Origin: a virus
Lineage: Duplodnaviria > Caudoviricetes
Virus record (IMG/VR): IMGVR_UViG_3300006103_000048
Coordinates: 1-32,150 of that record
Length of the DNA: 32,150 bases
Strand: one strand, 5' to 3'
Below the pieces are notes generated by a model, which was not told the DNA's origin, searched no databases, and saw only the letters and a program-made list of their open reading frames with translations. Positions 26,095 to 32,150 of this stretch are shown here, one piece after another (positions within the stretch are counted from its first letter, which is position 1; every line of letters starts with the position of its first letter). The position numbers and the translations under genes are program-made.

Positions 26095-27642
26095 TCAATC
26101 AATGATGTTAGCCATTTCATCGTCGGCGTCTTCGATAACTTCGTCTTGTTCAGGCTCTTGCTCTGTTGCAAACAGTTGATCAAACATAGTCATGGCATTA
26201 ACAGTACGCTTGCCACTAAATCCTTGACTACCTGATTGCACTTGAGTCCACAACTTTGAATTTGCTTTAATCAAATCCAAACTCTTTTGTCTATTATTTA
26301 GACTAAAAATCTCATCAATGATGGTACCCAAATGATTTTCATCAAATTTGCTCATAACCATCTTGGGCATAATACCCATTTCATATTTACGATTGGCTTC
26401 TTGAACCGCAGTAATATGTTGATAAACATTGTGTGCTTGCAATAGTGTATAACTCAATGTATCCCAACTGGTTTTAGTTTCCTTACCTTGTTGGTTGATA
26501 AAGCCATGACCACGATAACAAAGGTCCTTAACCATCATACGGTCAGTAATTGGGCTATCTGTAAACATTTTGTGAATGCCATCAGCCAATACTGCATCAC
26601 TAAACTTGCGAGTGTCATTGGCATAGTTTTTATTCTCAGCAGTCTTTTCCATACTATATGACCACTTGCCACCATGCTCGATGTTATTGTTAAAATATGC
26701 CAAACCTTTAGCCGCACTAAAGAATGGGCTTGCACAGTCAAAAGTAATCTGTAAGTTTGGGTTATGATATTTGCGAATAGCACGTTGAATGTCTGTAAAC
26801 AACACAGCATATTCCATGATACTTACACCCAAACAGTGAATCAAATCATGCTTGCCTTCTTGTAATAATCCATCGTGGATAATACCAACAAGGCGATTCA
26901 ACATCAATTCAACATCAATCTTGTTCTGACCCCCGAATGCCCAACCATTGAAATGACTATCAGGATAGATTTTTGGGTCACAATATTTTTTCATTTCTTC
27001 ATACCAGCTATCACTTTGACTGTGATTGCGACCTTGAAGAACATTTAAGAACTTACATTTACCTGTACGGTTCTTGATAAAGTATTCGTTGTTAATATGT
27101 GTGGCAGTAATTGCTTCTTCAATGGTACTGATACCATGTGCAGAAGTTTTAGTTTTGGGGTCTTGGATATGAAATGTGCTTAATGATTGTGAAGGAATAT
27201 CTAAACACATACCATAATCCATGTATGTGTCCATCCACTTCAATACTTGCTGACGCTTTTTCATAGCACGTGGGCAGTTGGGATCCTTCCAATCAGCAGG
27301 CCATTGACATTTAAGAATTTGAAATCCACCACTATCACCCAACATGAATGTACCTTCTTCACGTTTGCGAATAATACTTTCATTATGGTCATCAACAGTT
27401 GTATCTAAATTAGCATGACCAGCACTATACAAGCCCCATTTATATGTGTATAGACCTTGCTTGCTATTCAAAAAGTTCAAGCATTCAACATCTCCATTGA
27501 AGCCTGCAGGAATACGTGCACTATCAAAATAGTTTTCGCCTTCACGTTGTTTACCCAAGCCAGCAATAAAGAAACTGCTAACCGCGGGTAAGAATAGTGC
27601 CCAGTCTGGTTTATGCTGTGCTGATAAGTTAATTTGATTCAA
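26095..27642 (-). CDS. TGT-fold guanine transglycosylase, DpdA-like
   Basis: GDSGGFQ, LDIP, VLQG, GWAFGG, HCLG, TFDCASP and late HN: the ordered TGT motifs. Confidence 0.85.
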   Translation of the reverse strand: MNQINLSAQHKPDWALFLPAVSSFFIAGLGKQREGENYFDSARIPAGFNGDVECLNFLNSKQGLYTYKWGLYSAGHANLDTTVDDHNESIIRKREEGTFMLGDSGGFQILKCQWPADWKDPNCPRAMKKRQQVLKWMDTYMDYGMCLDIPSQSLSTFHIQDPKTKTSAHGISTIEEAITATHINNEYFIKNRTGKCKFLNVLQGRNHSQSDSWYEEMKKYCDPKIYPDSHFNGWAFGGQNKIDVELMLNRLVGIIHDGLLQEGKHDLIHCLGVSIMEYAVLFTDIQRAIRKYHNPNLQITFDCASPFFSAAKGLAYFNNNIEHGGKWSYSMEKTAENKNYANDTRKFSDAVLADGIHKMFTDSPITDRMMVKDLCYRGHGFINQQGKETKTSWDTLSYTLLQAHNVYQHITAVQEANRKYEMGIMPKMVMSKFDENHLGTIIDEIFSLNNRQKSLDLIKANSKLWTQVQSGSQGFSGKRTVNAMTMFDQLFATEQEPEQDEVIEDADDEMANIID

Positions 27643-28010
27643 GCAGTAACCTCTTTTTTAATTAATGTTTGTACCATTTTGATTTGATCTTCTTTTTCTT
27701 TGATTTGTGCTAACAAGTCTTTGACAGCAGGATTTTTTTGGGCAAGTTGTTCACGTTCTAATTCTTCATTGCGTTTCTTTTCTGCCCATTCAAGTGCATT
27801 AATTGCCACAGGTGTTAAATTAATATCTGCATAACCCATGTTCATCGTAACCCATGTACTACCATCATATACTTCAATATTTTGAGTATTTGTATTATAT
27901 CGTATATTACCTACACCTTGCAAAGCGCCGCCATAATTATTGATATAGGTGTGTGGAGCACCACCTATAACTGTCAAATATTTACTATGACTATTAATGT
28001 TCTTTATCAT
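27639..28010 (-). CDS. Hypothetical protein
   Basis: ORF with C-terminal coiled coil. Confidence 0.75.
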   Translation of the reverse strand: MIKNINSHSKYLTVIGGAPHTYINNYGGALQGVGNIRYNTNTQNIEVYDGSTWVTMNMGYADINLTPVAINALEWAEKKRNEELEREQLAQKNPAVKDLLAQIKEKEDQIKMVQTLIKKEVTA

Positions 28011-28665
28011 AAATTTCTTTCATTCTATTATAACATTCAGGTATGTTCTTGTCAAAAAAGCGGGATTTTACCTGATTAAATAATCCATAATCTGGTGCAT
28101 AGAAATGTTGAATTCTTTTTAATAGTTCACTATCATTTCTTGCAATGGTTTTTATCTTGTTATATATTGCTACCTTTTCAGGATTTTCTGTCATAACCTG
28201 ATGACTTCCAACACTTACAGTTTCTTTATTAAACCAAAATTTAGAAAAGGTATTCATGTTCTCTTCTAAATTTTTATCACAATTAAAAAATACTGCACGT
28301 TCGGTATCAATACCTAATAAATTAACTATTTGTAATCCGGTATGGTCATCAAAACATAATGCATCTGTAATTGCCGTTTGAAACAGTTTGTCATCTAGCA
28401 AATCAATAGTAGGACTATCAATCAGATATTGTGTTATTCCAGACAGCCAACGCAATAATGGGTCTCTAAGAATTACTATATTAATTTTATCTTTTAATAC
28501 AATCTCAGAATTTTCTGTGGTTTTTTGAATCACTTTATCCATACTGAAATTCTGTGCAAAGAACTTTTCTGCCCATGTGTGGGCATTCTTTGGTATAGGA
28601 AAATAAACTAAGTTATTTTCACTAGACTGAAAGCCAGAATAATCAGTAGGATAAGTTATTATCAC
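27994..28665 (-). CDS. Sulfotransferase-family protein
   Basis: IPKNAHT (5'-PSB), LRDPLLRWLSG (3'-PB), H..Q, YAPDY. Confidence 0.75.
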   Translation of the reverse strand: MIITYPTDYSGFQSSENNLVYFPIPKNAHTWAEKFFAQNFSMDKVIQKTTENSEIVLKDKINIVILRDPLLRWLSGITQYLIDSPTIDLLDDKLFQTAITDALCFDDHTGLQIVNLLGIDTERAVFFNCDKNLEENMNTFSKFWFNKETVSVGSHQVMTENPEKVAIYNKIKTIARNDSELLKRIQHFYAPDYGLFNQVKSRFFDKNIPECYNRMKEIYDKEH

Positions 28666-29393
28666 TTGCTTTGTGCTGGCAACAAATATTGATAGACCGC
28701 AATACCACTGTCAACTGTGATTTCTGCCGCACCTTGATCACTAATTCGAACAGTCTTGTCACCGGGTAAGTCCATGATGCTCAAGAATACCTTAACGGGC
28801 CATTGCCATTGACGACTTAATGTGCCAGTAACACCGGGCTGAAATACAAAGTTACCACTGTGTGTTGATGGGTCACCAAAGAAAATCTTTAGATCACCGT
28901 TTTCAGTTTTTGTTGTAAAGTTAGGCTCATCGCTGTTAGCACTTGCTTGTTTCTTAAGACGCATGATACCAGCAACTGTTGGCTCAAACTCAACGTTCCA
29001 AGTAGCACCACGGAATGTAACTGCCTTGACACGTTCTTCAACCAAACCTTGTGACATCAATCGATAGTCATTAACAAAGTCGCCAGTCTTAGTTGCAAAG
29101 TGAATTGCGCTAGGAACATCTTTGCCATCTTTGTTGACACGTGTGACATTGATAACTGAGGTATCATCATAGTCATCAAAGTTAACGATGGTCTTTAATG
29201 TTGATAGTTGGGGCATACCAAATGTGCCAATAAAATCAGCGATTGGATTTTTGAACTTAGCGTTTACAACAACTGACTTATCTTCTGCTACAGCAGAGAT
29301 ATTAGTTTCAGTGTCAGTACCAACAACCTTAATAAGGCTAATGACTCCAAGTCCATGCGTGTGTTGAATTAAATCAAGTAAATTATCTTTCAT
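28662..29393 (-). CDS. Putative DNA polymerase sliding clamp (gp45-like)
   Basis: 243 aa, beta-rich, directly downstream of pol; ends YQYLLPA. Call rests on size, context and remote resemblance. Confidence 0.65.
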   Translation of the reverse strand: MKDNLLDLIQHTHGLGVISLIKVVGTDTETNISAVAEDKSVVVNAKFKNPIADFIGTFGMPQLSTLKTIVNFDDYDDTSVINVTRVNKDGKDVPSAIHFATKTGDFVNDYRLMSQGLVEERVKAVTFRGATWNVEFEPTVAGIMRLKKQASANSDEPNFTTKTENGDLKIFFGDPSTHSGNFVFQPGVTGTLSRQWQWPVKVFLSIMDLPGDKTVRISDQGAAEITVDSGIAVYQYLLPAQSK

Positions 29394-29413
29394 GTTTTTT
29401 CCTTTGTGAATAA

Positions 29414-29464
29414 TATTTAGGTTACACTAATGTGTATAATAGTGGATTTTATTGCGAATGTCAA
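29414..29464 (-). promoter_or_regulatory. Tandem sigma70 and TAAATA promoters for the clamp/DpdA operon
   Basis: TTGACA-N17-TATTAT (29464-29436); TAAATA at 29419-29414. Confidence 0.75.
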
Positions 29465-29472
29465 TAGTGAGT

Positions 29473-32150
29473 TTAACCGAAACTAAACAAACTATCAAAG
29501 GTACTGTTGGTGTCAGTATTGCTACGCAAGTCCCAATCCAACACACCCAATAAGTTATCAATCTTTTCATCGACCAATGTTTGTTCCATAGCCTTGTCAT
29601 CAAATGGCAATTCACAGAACCATTGTGGTAGTCTGAGTTCGTCAGTTGGATATGCAATGCTAGTAAAGTTCAATGCGTTAGGCTTAAGTTTGCAAACAAT
29701 AACCTTCATGCCATCTACGATTTTCATACTATAGTTGTCACTATTGATTCTGCGTAGATAGTTATAGTTTAGTGCACCTCGAACGTGCCCGGGCATATTT
29801 GCTCGACCAGTTTTACTTGCAGCCTCTAAGTCACCGTACATTGTAAGTTTGTTCACAGACTTGGGACTGCCCTTAGTCCAACTGTCTTGTTTACCCAACT
29901 CAATCTTAAACTCTTTAATACGTTCAATAACATCTTCACGTAACTTACCTTGTTGAATAACCATAGATAAGACTTCCATCAAGAATTCCTGAACATACTT
30001 AGGAGTATCAGCACGTTTCAAGTCAAGACCCATAGCCTTGATATCGCCTAACTTGCCATTAACATCCTTACGTTTGCCTTCTTTATCAAAGATATTGATA
30101 GCATAACGTTTCTTAGTGATAAAGATACTACGATCACCAATCAACTCACGACCAGCTTTGATAATCTCGCCGTTCTTACGTGAAGCATGAAATGCACGTT
30201 CCATGAATGCAGGGAAACTATCATTAGTTTGTTCAGCAATATTGTCGTATAGACCAATACACATCTCTTTATTCCATTCAACTTCTCCACTTTCAATCTG
30301 TGACTTGAGCATGGGATATGCTGTGAAATAGCAACTGTCAGTATCACCATAGACAATTGCTGGGCCTTCGTGATTGTATTCGCCAGCAATCAACTCATTA
30401 ATCGTACTCATCATATGCTTGACGATTTGACGACCGCTGAGTGTAACACTCTGACCAATGCGCTTGTCATAGAAACGACAATGCTCATTCAACAATGCAC
30501 CATATGCGGAGTTAAGCAAAATCTTGCGAACCAGTTGACGCTTGTCCCAATATTCTTTATCTTCATTGGATGTTGCTTCTTTAAGTTTCTTCTGCATACT
30601 TTTACGATCACTATACCAACGTGTGAGCAATCCAGGAATAACCCCTTCTTTTTCATACGTATAGATAGTACCATTTGCACTAATGATATATGGCTTGTGA
30701 CTATCGAACACTAACTTCCAGATTTCTGCGGCACTCATCTCAACACTACGACCATCTTCATAATCTAATGTAAGAATTGTACCACGCTCTTGGTTCATGA
30801 TTGCTTGATATTCAAGTGAACCAAACAAACCTTCCCAGAGAATACTGCCAGTGACTGCATCATCACCGTCTTTGTGACGTTTCTTTTCTGATGCTAATCT
30901 TTGGCCCTTATCTTTCATGTATTGTTCTGTGAGGGTCTGTCTGACCTGAGCAACGATGGTTTCTGGCGCCATGTTGAGTGATCTGATTGCCGAGGGATAG
31001 AGTGAGTTAATATCCACCGCTCCCACCCAATTGTGGATGCCTCTTTTGGGAGTAGCAACAAAGGCACCTGCTGCCTGCTGACTTTCTTCTGCATGAATAT
31101 CCTTTCGTTTTTTATCTGGAACTACTAGTCCTCTTTCATGGGCTTCGTTCATAATTGCCATTTCAATCATTGCAACTGAACCCATAACTGTTGGTAACAG
31201 CACAGTATTTTCATGTGCTAGTTGATTTGCCAATTCTAAAAATTTAAGTTTGTTGTGAATTTTAACCAACAACATAGTATCTTGACGATTGTATTCAATA
31301 AACTTTTTAAAGTCTTTGTTATACAATTGGTCTAGAGTACCTTCGTATTGAGTTTTGTTTTCACCAACTTCCATTTCACCAATGAAGTCTAGTTTATAAC
31401 TATGACGGCTTTCATAGTTATACTTCTTATACAATTGCAAATAGTCCATATGAATACGACCAACTAGGTCATAAGTCGTTTCTTCTTTACCGAAACGCTC
31501 ATATTTTCTTGGCTTAGGCAATTGACCCATTAAGCAGAACTTGCGTGTATCGTCCTTACTCATAACTCTAGTGACACGATTAACCATATATGGAATATCG
31601 TACCCTTCTGAGTTCCAGCCAGTCAATACATCAGCGTCTTCAATCAATTGAAAGAATACTTCAAACATATCTTTTTCGTTAGTGAAAAGGATAGTGTTAT
31701 CAAATTGACTTACAATTTCTTGCGCTGTTTCTTTGCCCATGTGCTTGGGGGCAATGACAAGAGTAAAACACGTGTCCATCCAATCCAAGTAACAACTAAT
31801 TGCTGTAACTGGATTAAAAGGATCGCTTGTTGGACTGAAACCACGTTCAGGATCAAAGTCTACCTCAATGTCAAAGAAGCATGTGTGTAGTTTAGGTGCT
31901 TCTACTTTTAAATAGTTTTCGCTTAGGCAACGAAACACTACGTTGATATCACTTTCAAACAATTTTTTGCTTGAATGAATACGTCTTTCCTTTTCAAATT
32001 CACTACGTTTGCGTGTGCTGAATCTGCTTACAGGATCTCCGTATAGTGAACGATACTTGCCCTTAGGGTCAGTATAATAAAGAACATAGTTGGTTGGATA
32101 TTCTTTATACTCACGCTTACCTTCAGGGGTACGCTCTACCACATAAATGC
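29473..32150 (-). CDS. Family B DNA polymerase (gp43-like), N-terminus beyond the window
   Basis: ExoI FDIE, ExoII GWNSEGYD, ExoIII YNRQD, DINSLYPS, KILLNSAYG, YGDTDS, KKRY. Confidence 0.97.
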   Translation of the reverse strand, partial: IYVVERTPEGKREYKEYPTNYVLYYTDPKGKYRSLYGDPVSRFSTRKRSEFEKERRIHSSKKLFESDINVVFRCLSENYLKVEAPKLHTCFFDIEVDFDPERGFSPTSDPFNPVTAISCYLDWMDTCFTLVIAPKHMGKETAQEIVSQFDNTILFTNEKDMFEVFFQLIEDADVLTGWNSEGYDIPYMVNRVTRVMSKDDTRKFCLMGQLPKPRKYERFGKEETTYDLVGRIHMDYLQLYKKYNYESRHSYKLDFIGEMEVGENKTQYEGTLDQLYNKDFKKFIEYNRQDTMLLVKIHNKLKFLELANQLAHENTVLLPTVMGSVAMIEMAIMNEAHERGLVVPDKKRKDIHAEESQQAAGAFVATPKRGIHNWVGAVDINSLYPSAIRSLNMAPETIVAQVRQTLTEQYMKDKGQRLASEKKRHKDGDDAVTGSILWEGLFGSLEYQAIMNQERGTILTLDYEDGRSVEMSAAEIWKLVFDSHKPYIISANGTIYTYEKEGVIPGLLTRWYSDRKSMQKKLKEATSNEDKEYWDKRQLVRKILLNSAYGALLNEHCRFYDKRIGQSVTLSGRQIVKHMMSTINELIAGEYNHEGPAIVYGDTDSCYFTAYPMLKSQIESGEVEWNKEMCIGLYDNIAEQTNDSFPAFMERAFHASRKNGEIIKAGRELIGDRSIFITKKRYAINIFDKEGKRKDVNGKLGDIKAMGLDLKRADTPKYVQEFLMEVLSMVIQQGKLREDVIERIKEFKIELGKQDSWTKGSPKSVNKLTMYGDLEAASKTGRANMPGHVRGALNYNYLRRINSDNYSMKIVDGMKVIVCKLKPNALNFTSIAYPTDELRLPQWFCELPFDDKAMEQTLVDEKIDNLLGVLDWDLRSNTDTNSTFDSLFSFG

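Noticed and set aside
26095-27642. Canonical tRNA-guanine transglycosylase (tgt)
   Set aside because: Too long and divergent, lacks the CxCxxC zinc motif, and sits in a DNA replication operon.
85-31890. Short antisense or nested ORFs in the track (e.g. 429..1028, 8780..9253, 29427..29657, 30370..30714)
   Set aside because: They are shadows of well-supported genes, with no motifs or RBS.
1-32150. Stop-codon reassignment
   Set aside because: Conserved enzymes are full length in the standard code, and TAA, TGA and TAG all terminate genes.
1-32150. tRNA or rRNA genes
   Set aside because: No cloverleaf or T-loop signature was seen in the few intergenic gaps.

Overview
AT-rich, densely coding window of a large T4-related (jumbo-type) dsDNA bacteriophage genome, standard genetic code, mostly on the minus strand. 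Replication and repair genes: family-B DNA polymerase (5' end cut by the window edge), gp45-like clamp, RNase H/FEN exonuclease, UvsE UV endonuclease. Downstream of pol/clamp lies a dispersed 7-deazaguanine DNA-modification pathway: a TGT-fold DpdA-like enzyme, a DpdL-like QueD paralogue (LxxxHRHxF), FolE, QueD and QueE, with no QueC in the window. It is interleaved with GMP reductase, two GT-B glycosyltransferases, two nucleotidyltransferases, an epimerase, a sulfotransferase/APS-kinase pair and 2OG-Fe oxygenases. Non-coding signals read from the sequence: a preQ1-I-like pseudoknot with an anti-SD hairpin in the queD leader (a degenerate second copy lies on the other side of a GIY-YIG homing endonuclease), twin ACAACG-loop hairpins in the folE leader, and several near-consensus sigma70 and TAAATA late-type promoters. 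Also present: a plus-strand island of putative head-packaged proteins, and a tandem array of small constant/variable 'MNERIKEL' genes at the left end. All calls are from motif recognition only; no searches were run.
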